From Hemiscyllium ocellatum (Eukaryota), in NCBI RefSeq assembly GCF_020745735.1, contig NC_083413.1:64914001-64978000 (forward strand): a stretch of DNA of 64,000 nt, in the 5' to 3' direction. Each line of letters begins with the position of its first letter. Positions within the stretch are counted from its first letter, which is position 1. The notes beneath the pieces are model-generated. The model ran no database searches, was not told where the DNA came from, and saw only the letters and a list, made by a program, of their open reading frames with translations. The translations under genes and the position numbers were made by a program. Of the stretch, positions 33,500 through 43,814 are shown one piece after another.

Positions 33500-36400
33500 A
33501 GAACGTTTAAGGACTCATCCACCGACGTAATTTGGGTTGAGGTTAGAAACAGGAAAGGAGAGGTCACTCTGTTGGGAGTTTTCTGTAGGCCTCTGAATTG
33601 TTCCAGGGATATAGAGGAAAGGATAGCAAAGATGATTCGCGATAGGAGCTAGAGTAACAGGGTAGTTGTTATGAGGGATTTTAACTTCCCCAATATTGGG
33701 GTAAGGGATAAGATTTATGAACATCTGGGTAGGAATAACGTGATCAGGGATAGCCAGCATGGTTTTGTGAAGGGCAGGTCGTGCCTCACAAACCTTATTG
33801 AGTTCTTTGAGAAGGTGACCAAGGAAGTGGATGAGGGTAAAGCAGTAGATGTTGTGTATATGGATTTTAGTAAGGCGTTCGATAAGGTTCCCCATGGTAG
33901 GCTAATGCTAAAACTTCGGAGGTATGGCATTGAGGATACATTAGAGGTTTGGATTAGGAATTGGCTGGCTGGAAGGAGACAGAGGGTAGTAGTTGATGGA
34001 TTATGTTCATCTTGGAGCGCAGTTACTAGCGGTGTACCACAAGGATCTGTTTTGGGACCATTGCTTTTTGTTATCTTTATAAATGATCTAGAGGAAGGAC
34101 TTGAAAGCTGGGTAAGCAAGTTTGCGGATGACACAAAAGTCGGTGGAGTTGTGGATAGTGAGGAAGGAAGTGGTAGGTTACAGCGGGATATAGATAAGTT
34201 GCAGAGCTGGGCGGAAATGTGGCAAATGGAATTCAATGTAGCTAAGTGCGAAGTCGTTCACTTTGGTAGGAATAACAAGATGATGGATTACTGGGCTAAT
34301 GGTAGGCTACTTGGTAGTGTGGATGAGCAGAGGGATCTTGGTGTCCATGTACACAGATCTCTGAAAGTTGCCACCCAGGTAAATAGTGCTGTGAGGAAGG
34401 CATATGGTGTACTGGGCTTTATTGGCAGAGGAATTGAGTTCCGGAGTCCTGAGGTCATGTTGCAGTTGTATAAGACTCTGGTGCGGCCTCATCTGGAGTA
34501 TTGTGTGCAGTTTTGGTCGCCATACTATAGGAAGGATGTGGAAGCTTTAGAACGAGTGCAGAGGAGGTTTACCAGGATGTTGCCTGGAATGGTAGGAAAA
34601 TCTTATGAGGAAAGGCTGAGGCACTTGGGGCTGTTCTCATTGGAGAAGAGAAGGTTTAGGGGAGATCTGATAGAAGTGTATAAGATGATTAGGGGTTTAG
34701 ATAGGGTAGATACTAAGAACCTTTTACCGCTAATGGAGTCAGGTGTTACTAGGGGACATAGCTTTAAATTAAGGGGTGGTAGGTATAGGACAGATGTTAG
34801 GGGTAGATTCTTCACACAGCGGGTTGTGAGTTCATGGAACGCCCTGCCCGTATCAGTGGTGAACTCTCCTTCTTTATGGTCATTTAAGCGGGCACTGGAT
34901 AGGCATTTGGAAGTTATTGGGCTAGTATAGGTTAGGTAGGATTCGGTCGGCGCAACATCGAGGGCCGAAGGGCCTGTACTGCGCTGTATCCTTCTATGTT
35001 CTATGTTCTATTGACTGGGATTACTATAATTCAAGTAGTTTAGATATGTCAGTTTTTGTTCAATGTGTGCAGGAGGGTTTTCTGACACAGTATGTAGACA
35101 GGCCAACAAAGGGCGATGCATGTTGGATTTGGTACTGGGAAATGAATCCGGCCAGGTGTTAGATGTGGAGGTAGGTAAGCACTTTGGTGATAGTGACCAT
35201 AATTTGGTTATATTTACAATAGCAATGGGCAGGGATAGGTATATACTGCAAGGAAAGAGGAATAGCTTGGGGAAAGGCAATTATGATGCAGTTAGGCAAG
35301 ATTTAGGATGCAAAGGATGGGGAAGGAAACTGCAGGTGATGGACACACTTGAAATGTGGAGCTCATTCAAGAAACAGCTACTGTGGGTCCTTGATAAGTA
35401 CATATCTATCAAGCAGGGAGATAGTTTTTGAGAGAGGCAGCCATAGCTTAAAGAAGTTGAAGCTCTTGTCAAGAGGAAGAAGAAGGCTTGTGAGGATGGG
35501 GTGTGAAGGCATAGGTCGGGGGCTTGAAAGTTATAAGTTAGCCAGAAAGAATCTAAAGAGATGGCTAAGAAGAGCCAGAAAGAGACATGAGAAGTTGTTG
35601 GTGGATAGGATCAAGGAAAACCTTAAGGCCTTCTATAGGTATATCAGGAATAATAGAATGACGAGAGTAAGATTTGGACCAATTAAAGATAGTAGTGGAA
35701 AGTTGTGTGTGGAATCTGAGGATATAGGGGAAATGCTTAATATTTATCGTCGGTATTCACATTGGAAAAGGGCAATGTTAGTGAGAATACAGAGATACAG
35801 GCTACAAGATTAGATGGGATTGAGGTTGACAAAGAGGTTGACAATTTTGGAAGATCTGAAAATAGATAAGACCCCTTGGCCAGATGGGATTTATCCTTGA
35901 TTCTTTGGGAAAACAGGAAGGAGATTGCAGAGCCTTTGACTTCGATATTTATGTTATCATTATTGACAGGAGCAGTGCCAGAAGACTGGAGGATAGCAAA
36001 TGTTGTTCCCTTGTTTAAGAAGGGGAGTTAGGACAACCCTGGTAATTATAGACCAGTGAGCCTTACTTCGGTTATGGTTAAAGGGTTGGAAAAGGTAATA
36101 AGAGATAGGATTAATAATCATCTGGAAAGGGATAGTCAACATGGTTTTGTGAAGAGTAGCTTATGCTGAACTAACCTTATTGAGTTCTTTGAGAAGGTGA
36201 CAAAACAGGTGGATGAAGGTAAAATGGTAAATGTGCTGTATATGGACTTAAGTAAGGCGTTTGATAAGGTTCCACATGGTAGGCTATTGCACAAAATACA
36301 GAATTTCGGGATTGAAGGTGATTTAGTATTTTGGTCAGAAATTTTTCCTGAAAAATGACAGAGGGTGATGATTGATGGGAAATGTTCATCCTGAAGCTCA

Positions 36401-37290
36401 GTTGCCAGTGTTGTGCCACAAGGATCTGTTTTGGGGTCACTGCTGCGGGTTACAGAGGGACATAAATAAGATGCAGAGCTGGACTGAGAAGTGGCAAATG
36501 GAGTTTAATCCGGAAAAGTGCGAGTAGTTCACTTCGGAAGAAATAACAGGAATGCAGAGTACTGGCTAATGATAAAATTCTTGGCAGTGTAGATGAACAG
36601 AGAGATTTCTGGTGTCCTGGTGCATAAATCCCTGAAAGTTGCCACCAGGTTAATATGGTTGTTAAGAAAGCATATGGTGTGTTGACATTTATTGGTAGGG
36701 AGATTGAGTTTCGGAGCTACGAGGTCATGCTTCAGCTGTACAAGACACTGGTAAGGCTGCACCTGAAGTATTGCATGCAGTTCTGGTCATCACATTATAG
36801 GAAGCATGTGAAAGCTTTGGAAAGGGTTCAGAAGAGATTTACTAGGATGTTGCCTGGTATGAAAGGAAAGTCTTACGAGGAAAGGCTGAGAGGAACTGAG
36901 GCTGTTTTCATTGGAGAAAAGAAGGTTGAGAGGTGACTTAATCGAGACATATAAGGTAATCAGAGGGTTAGATAGGGTGGACAGTGAGAGCTTTTTTCCT
37001 CAGATGGTGAAGGCAAGCACGAGGGATATAGCTTTAAATTGACGAGTGATAGATTTAGAACAGAGTTAGGGGTAGTTTCCTCACTCAGAGATTAGTAGGC
37101 GTGCGGAACGGCCTGCCTGCAACAGTAGTAGACTCACCAACGTTAAGGGCATTTAAATGGACATTGGACACACAAATGGATAATAATGGAACTGTGTAGG
37201 TTAGATGAGCATTAGATTATTTTCACAGGTCGGTACAACATCGAGGGCTGAAGGGCCTGTACTGCTCTATAATGTTCTATGTTCTATGTA
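33500..37290 (+). mobile_element. Older degenerate CR1 ORF2 (EN-RT-3'UTR), interrupted by the young copy
   Basis: EN motifs (EVRNRKGEVTLLGVF, DFNFPNI|DW, SDHN) continue across the insertion. The RT is frameshifted, and the tail ttctatgttctatg lies at ~37280. Confidence 0.9.
33700..35010 (+). mobile_element. 5'-truncated young CR1 (RT C-terminal half + 3'UTR + ctatgtt tail) nested in an older CR1
   Basis: 33700-34655 appears identical to 63045-64000 (antisense ORF-track entries are identical at offset 29345). The RT ORF is intact to 34930. It is flanked by a tattg duplication (33694-33698 / 35009-35013). Confidence 0.95.
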
Positions 37291-37514
37291 ATGCAGCAAG
37301 CAGTGCATTGTATTTGAAATATCAGCTGGTCTATTTTCTTAGCAGATGCAGTTTGAACCATTGACTGTCTCCATTGTTTGTGTTTCTTCTTCAGCTATCC
37401 ATCAGTTGCAGCATTTGGCTTTAGATCTCCAACCTAAACCTTTCTTCAGAAGAAAATGGGCAACAATTTCTCTTGTTCAGAATTGCAACTTTAATGTCTA
37501 TTCATTAATCAGTG

Positions 37515-37833
37515 TGCACGGTGGCTCAGTGGTCAGCACTGCTGCCTCGCAGGAATCCTGGTTCGATTCCAGCCTCGGGCAATTGTATGTGTGGAGTTTG
37601 CACATTCTCCTCATGTCTGCGTGGGTTTCCTCCTGGTGCTCCGGTTTTGATCCACGGTCCAAAGATGTACAGGTCAGGTGAATTGGCCATGCTAAATTGT
37701 CCATAGTGATAGGTGCATTAGTAGGGAGGAGGGGAATGGATCTGGGTGGGTTACTCTTCGGAGGGTCAGTGTGAACTTGCTGGGCTGAAGGGCCTGTTTC
37801 CACACTGTAAGGAATCTAATTTAATCTAATCTA
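37515..37833 (+). mobile_element. HE1-type SINE
   Basis: Head, core and (tctaa)n tail. Confidence 0.88.
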
Positions 37834-38149
37834 ATAGCAAAAATTGTCCATCTTAAAGATACATAATAGAAAATTCAACTTGAAAACCTCAGAACATCCC
37901 AAAGGATCTGGTGATGAAGTGTAAGCATGGTAGGAAATGTAGCTGCTAATTTATACGCAATGAAGTTCGACATACAACAATATGATAATGATCAGGTAGT
38001 CTTATTTAATGCTGTAGATTTGGAGATAAATATTGTGATAACACCTAAATGACAAGTGAAGGAACTTTCTGCCCATTTAATGTTTTTCATTGATGATGTC
38101 AGAATGATAAATCTCTAAGCTCACCTATTTCACCCATTCTAGCATTACT

Positions 38150-38730
38150 GACATCTCCAATCAGTTACACTGATCCTTGAATCACACCTTGAGACTTCAA
38201 CTCATCTACCTTGTCCCCTCCAACCCCCAAAATACTCACTTACCCTCCAACCATCCTCCAAATATCCCAACTGCCCTTGACTGTCAGACTAGCCCTGCAC
38301 CTTCATCTAATCCCAAATTTAAATCCCAACCATGTATCTTGACATTGCAACAACACCCCCAACCCAACTACACCTACCACCAACTACCCATGCCCCAAAT
38401 AAGCCCCCACCCAACCTAACTACAATCTCCAACCTCCAGATTACTCCCTTAAAATACTTGGAGAAGTACCATCTACTATCTGCACGACTGCGCTCCCCCC
38501 ACCCCCAACAACCTGGCTTGACTAGCCCTCGATCTGACTCTCCCTCCCAAACTGACACAACTACTCGCTCCACCTACCTAATACCTCATCCATCTGCCTA
38601 CCTAGCCACTATCATTCTACCTAACCACTTAATTCACCCATCCTCCCAGTTAACCACTTACCAGACTCATTTATCCATCCTACCACCTTATGTATTGATG
38701 CATTTATCCTCTCACCCATTCATTGCATTC
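38150..38730. repeat. C/A-rich low-complexity tract
   Basis: Strongly G-poor plus strand with degenerate cacc/cacct/ctacc units. Confidence 0.6.
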
Positions 38731-38747
38731 AAACCAGTTGGACAGGA

Positions 38748-39072
38748 TGGCATGGTGGCTCATGGGGTAGCACGGCTGCTCAGTGGTCGGCATCGATGCT
38801 TCATAGCACTGGGGAACTGGGTTCAATTCTACCTTCGGGCAACTCTCTGTGTGGAGTTTACACATTCTGCCTGTGTCTACATGGGTTTCCTCTGGGTGCT
38901 CCAGCTTCCTCCCACAGTCCAAAGATGTGAAGGTTAGCTGGGTTGGCCATGCTAACTTGTCCATAATGTCCAGGGGTGTGCAGGCTAGTTGCCTAGCCAT
39001 GGGAAATGCAGGGTTGGATTGAAAGGTGAGTGTGGACTCGATGGGCCAAATGGTCTGCTTCCACACTGTAGA
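38748..39072 (+). mobile_element. HE1-type SINE, diverged subfamily
   Basis: Core gtggagtttacacattct..cccacagtccaaagatgtg..ggccatgct; tail. Confidence 0.78.
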
Positions 39073-39832
39073 GATTTTATTATATGAAGAGCTCATTTTC
39101 GCAATGGTGACCATAAAACTATCAATTGTTGTAAACAAAAGGCCATCTCTTTCAGTCAGCATTGAGGATGGGAAATTGGCTGTCCTTACATATGACTCCA
39201 GAATCCGATAAATTAGATTGATTCTTAACTGACCCTCCAAAATGGCCTGGCAAACCACTGAGTTGTGGACTTTCTTAAAGGTAATCAGATTGGGCAATAA
39301 ACCTCATCCTGGCCAGAGATGTTCATGTTCCATAGACGCTAACACTGAACTTTAATATTACTACAGCGCTCTGGAGCCATTTAATTTCTGACGTCGCTCT
39401 GTGGTCTATTAAATACACAATCCGTATTAATAATGCTAGCATAAAATAAAGTTACTGCCAAGGAGCATATCAGTTAAATATAATGCAATACGTACTTTAA
39501 TTAGTTAAAACTAAAAAAAAGTACAATTGGTTTCATTTACTAATCATTGTAAAGCTAAAACAAGTTTTATAGCAATTATAGACTATAACAGATCACTTAA
39601 GACGGCAGACCAAACAAATACGCTCTTCTGCGTGCTAAATATTAAAATACAACTTGTAGTTTATCACACCACATCAGTATAAATGCTATGAAAGTTATTT
39701 ATAAAGTAAGAAATACATAGTGGTGTTAACATCTCTGAATAACAGAGTAATTTCGCGTTATCAGAACTCAATCCGAGGGATCCATCAGGCCATTGGAAGA
39801 TTTTGTTTTCGCGGTGTGATGAGCCCTTCTCT

Positions 39833-40411
39833 CTAGACCCCTCCACCAGGCAGGCGTAACACCAAGAGGATTGTTGATTTGTCCGTGATGCTGTATTCAG
39901 AGAATTTTTTGTTATCCTCCAATTCTTTGTTGGCAAAAAGAAGGCGCAGATCTGCAGTGGCTAATCCACCAAAAGAAACAAACGGAGAAAAATGAATAAA
40001 CGTAAAAAAAACCTCAAGAACATCCTAAATACTATGGTTAGTTATTCCAATTTTAACCTTAAAAGGATTTAGACCCCGCATCCCTTTGGTAGTTAAATTC
40101 TAAAGTTTGGGATAAGCGCTTTAAAACCCAAAGATTTGAATCGGTATCATGTAGTTTAATTCTCATTTTGTACCACCAGGTCTTATGATTGTCCACTCAA
40201 TTCTTTAACTGATTACTGCTATCACTTTCAAAAGCCCACTCTCATGCTCTGTTATTGCTCACGTACCTGCTTCTCCCGGCATTTTCTTCAACAACAATTC
40301 CTTAAACTTGAGAACGGGAATCCTGTTAAATTCTGCCTCAGTGTGTGAAACATCAATAGTCATTTTTTCCCCTTTCAACCCTACGACAAACACTTGAAAG
40401 ATTTTCCCCAT
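39833..40411 (-). CDS. Single-domain ubiquitin-like protein with C-terminal di-glycine (LRLPGG-GV*), 2 exons: 40267-40411 and 39833-39960; 90 aa
   Basis: Spliced translation: MGKIFQVFVVGLKGEKMTIDVSHTEAEFNRIPVLKFKELLLKKMPGEA/ATADLRLLFANKELEDNKKFSEYSITDKSTILLVLRLPGGGV*. It aligns by eye with ubiquitin ([52 protein letters not shown]). Phase-1 intron CAG|GTACGT...TTAG|CC; an alternative in-frame CAG acceptor 9 nt downstream is possible. Confidence 0.92.
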
Positions 40412-40498
40412 TGTACTGTCTGCGGCAAAGGATTTGGAAGTTGCTGTTTATCTCGTGCGTAGTTTTCAAGATCAATTGCAAATGAAATAAATACATTC

Positions 40499-40516
40499 AG
40501 TTTCACTTTTAATTTC
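40499..40516 (-). promoter_or_regulatory. ISRE/IRF-E-like element upstream of the UBL gene
   Basis: Plus strand AGTTTCACTTTTAATTTC (minus GAAATTAAAAGTGAAACT), ~90 bp upstream of the UBL ATG. A GAS-like TTCCTGAAA lies at 40567-40575. Confidence 0.55.
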
Positions 40517-40959
40517 AGTATGATGTAAGCACTGAACAATCTCAATAGGATGTAACTGGAAACAACTTCCTGAAATTGCTCCGTGTCAAATATCCATAAT
40601 AAATTAAGAAGTGTTTTACTACATTAAGGCCATCTCACAACACACCTTCTTAAGGGACTGACAATAAAGTTGGCCCAGCCAGTGACTTCCACTGCCTATA
40701 CGTGAACAAAAGGTCATCTGTACTTTCCATACTGTAACCATGGGTTGAGGGTTAGTGGTGATTATTTACATTTTGTTTGGATTGGGATTGATTTGGAGCT
40801 GCTAAAATTGGAAAAGCCTATGACTGCATAGGAGACCGGTATGGCCAATTGGTATTTGTAAATCAATCACAACAATGGTTACCTACTTTTTAAATTTTCT
40901 TGTTGCTGACTTGTATGTATTTTCATGCTTTGATATGATGTGGCATTGAAACTAGAAAC

Positions 40960-41290
40960 ACTTGACCCATCTAGCCTGCTCAGCCATTTAATATGATCAC
41001 TGAGCTCAGTACCATAATCCCACTCCATCCCCCATATAACTTGATCCCCTTAACCCGCCACCTTCTTTAAAATTCAATGTTTTGGCCTCAACCACTTTCT
41101 GTGTCAGTGAATTCCACAGGCTTACCACGCTCCAGGAGAAGAAATGTCTCCTCATCTCAGTTCTAAAAAGTTTGCAACTTACTATTGAACTCTGATTTCT
41201 AGTTCTGGACTGTCCCACAACAGGGAGTGCCTTTCCTGCAACTAAATTGTTTTGCCCTGTTGGAATGTTATCAGTGCCTGAGATTCCCTT
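40960..41290 (-). mobile_element. CR1 3' fragment
   Basis: RTEMRRHFFS..VVSLWNSL.QKVVEAKTLN on the minus strand. Confidence 0.75.
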
Positions 41291-41999
41291 TCTTTTATCT
41301 CAAGGCCAGCTACTTTCTTCTATTCATTGATGGAATATGGTATCACTGAGCCCTAATTGCTCAAAGGGCAGTTAAGTGTTAACCACGTAGCTGTGGGTCT
41401 GGAGTCACAAATAGGCCTGACCAGGTAAGAATAGCAGAATTCCTTCCCTAAAGGGCACAATGAGCCAAATGAGTTTTTAATGACAATTGACAATGATCAC
41501 ACGTTTGTCCCATTGACCTCACTTTATTTTTGTTTCATAACTTAAGTTTCATCATCTGCCCTGGGAGATTCGAACCTAGATCCCCAGAACTTTAGCTTGA
41601 TATTCAGGATTACTTGTCCAGTGGTTTTACCATTAGATCACAACATCCCCCGGCACCACATCCACAAACATTTACTCCATACACCACAGATCCATAGTGG
41701 TAACAGTATATACAATCTATAAGATGAATTGTAACAACTTCTGAAGGCTTTTTAGGCAGCATCTTCCAAACACATGAGGACTACCATCCAGAAGGACAAG
41801 AGAGCAGGTGAGCATGCAGATGGAAAAATAACCATTGATGAAATTCTTGGAACTCTCCTAATGGCACAGTGTAGTTTTTTTTTCATCTACCTGTTCAGAA
41901 TTGGTATTACACACATCTGATAGAGATGGGACTTGAACCCAGCTCACCTGGGTATGGACATTACCGCTGTACCACAACAGTCCTACTGGCATTATGGAT

Positions 42000-43415
42000 G
42001 CATATACAAAAAATAAAGTTAGATCATATGGAACACAGGGATAGTAACCACTTGGATACATAACTGGCTCGAAGTTAGGGGACAGAGTGTAGTGGTGGAG
42101 GGTTACTTTTTGGGCTGGAGGCCTGTGACCAGTGATGTGCCTGAAGGATTAGTGGTTGGTCCACTGCCTTTTGCCAATTATGTAAATGATTTGGAAGTGA
42201 ATTTGAAAGGTATGCTTAGTAAGTTTGCAGATCACAGCAAAATTGATGGTGTAATGGACAGCAAAGAAGGTTAGAAGAAAGTGAGGACTGCAGATGCTAG
42301 AGAGTTGAAAAGCGTGATGCTGGAAAAGCACAGCAGGGCAGGCAGCATCCAAGGAGCAGGATAATTGACATTTCAGGCATAAGCTTTTCATCAGGAATGA
42401 GGAGGGGGAAGGGGTTGAGAGATAAATGAGAGGTGAGGATGGGGCTGGAGGAAGGTAGCTGAGAAGGTGATAGGTGGATGCAGGTGGTGGGGATAATTGT
42501 GATAGGTTGATGGGAAGGGTGGAGCGGATAGGTGGGAAGAAAGATGGACAGATAGGACAAGTCAAGAGAGTGGTGCTGAGTTGGAAGGTTGGGTCTGGGA
42601 TGAGGTGGGGGGACAGGAGAGTTGGAAACAGGGTACAACTGGATTTTAATCTGATGGGCCAATAGGCCAAACAGTGACAGATAGAGTTTAATTTAGATAA
42701 ATGTGTGGTGCTGCATTTTGGAAAGGCCAATCAGGGCAGGACTTTATACACTTAAATGTAAGGTCCTGGGGAGTGTTGCTGAAAATAAAGAGCTTGGAGT
42801 GCAGGTTCATAGTTCCGTGAAAGTGGAGTTGCAGGTAGACAGGACAGTGAAGAAGATGTTTGGTACATTTGCCTTTTTTGGTCAATGCATTTAATATAGG
42901 AGTTGGGAGGTCATGTTGCGGCTGTACAGGACATTGGTTAGGCCACTTCTGCGATACTGTATTCAGTTCTGGTCTCCCTGCTACAGGAAAAATGTTGCCA
43001 AACTTGAAAGGGTTCAGAAAAGATTTACAGATGTTGCCAGGGTTGCAGGTTTGAGCTATAGGCAAGGGTAGTTTTCTTAAACTCCTGAGGGGTATGGATA
43101 GGGTGAACAACCAAGGTCTTTTCCCAGAATCGCAGAGTCCAGACTAGAGGGAATAGGTTTAAATTGAGAAGGACCTAAGAGGCGAGGTTTTCACACAGAA
43201 GGTGATGTGTGTGTGGAACCAGCTGCCAGAGGAAGTGGGTAGAGGCGGGTACAGTTGCAACATTTAAAAGGCATCTGGATGGGTGCATGAATAGGAAGGA
43301 CTTAGCGATATGGGCTAAATGCTGGCAAATGGGACTAGATTAGTTTAGGATATCTAGTCGGCATGGACGAGTTGGACCGAAGGGTCTGTTTTCATGCTCT
43401 GCAGCTCTCTGACTC
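42000..43415 (+). mobile_element. Degenerate CR1 RT/3'UTR fragment between the UBL and USP genes
   Basis: WRPVTSDVPEG..GPL...SKFADH; LHFGKAN; CR1 3'UTR. Confidence 0.85.
42275..42628 (-). mobile_element. Penelope-like 3' fragment nested in CR1
   Basis: Shares the pLTR (gtgaggactgcagatgct..ggaaaagcacagc..ttcatcagg) with the other Penelope copies and interrupts CR1 RT sequence. Confidence 0.75.
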
Positions 43416-43725
43416 GATGGGTCTGTGTGAACTTTATCAACCTGAAAAACCATGAGAAAGTCTGTAAATAAAATAACTATGTGGTTCATATTGTTCTCTG
43501 AACTGCATTTCATATATCATCCAACAGCAAAATAAGCAGCTAGTCCAACAACACTAATTTCGTTAATCTTAGCTTGAAATCTTGTCCTGTTTGCGAAGAA
43601 TTTTTTTACGCGGATAAAAAAATCTAGTAGCCGGAAATCTGACATTAAGCAAATCAGTGAATGTTGTACATTTCTGGGCGTTCCATTTAGTGTTGCTAAG
43701 CTTCAGTTGTGCTAAGTAACAGGGG

Positions 43726-43739
43726 AGTTTCGCTTTCTC
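43726..43739 (+). promoter_or_regulatory. Consensus ISRE upstream of the USP18-like gene
   Basis: AGTTTCGCTTTCTC matches the ISRE consensus AGTTTCNNTTTCY; its start lies 89 bp upstream of ATG 43815. Confidence 0.7.
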
Positions 43740-43814
43740 TCCCTCGTTTTCAAATGGTGTGATGAAGACAGCACCTTCTGCAAATACCGTCTGTAGGGTA
43801 TCAGAGCTGCAGTT

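Noticed and set aside
33671-34930. 419-aa ORF as a host gene
   Set aside because: It is a chimeric CR1 RT fragment produced by the nested insertion.
38332-38937. 201-aa Pro/His/Thr-rich ORF and the antisense 197-aa ORF (38704-39297)
   Set aside because: Products of low-complexity C/A-rich DNA plus a SINE; no coding signature.
39664-39936. ORF-track 90-aa ORF MPTKNWR...
   Set aside because: Wrong frame. The real coding frame here is UBL exon 2, which ends at TAG 39833-39835.
39833-40411. Calling the UBL ISG15, NEDD8 or polyubiquitin
   Set aside because: It is a single domain with an LRLPGG terminus and low similarity to each, so no gene symbol is assigned.
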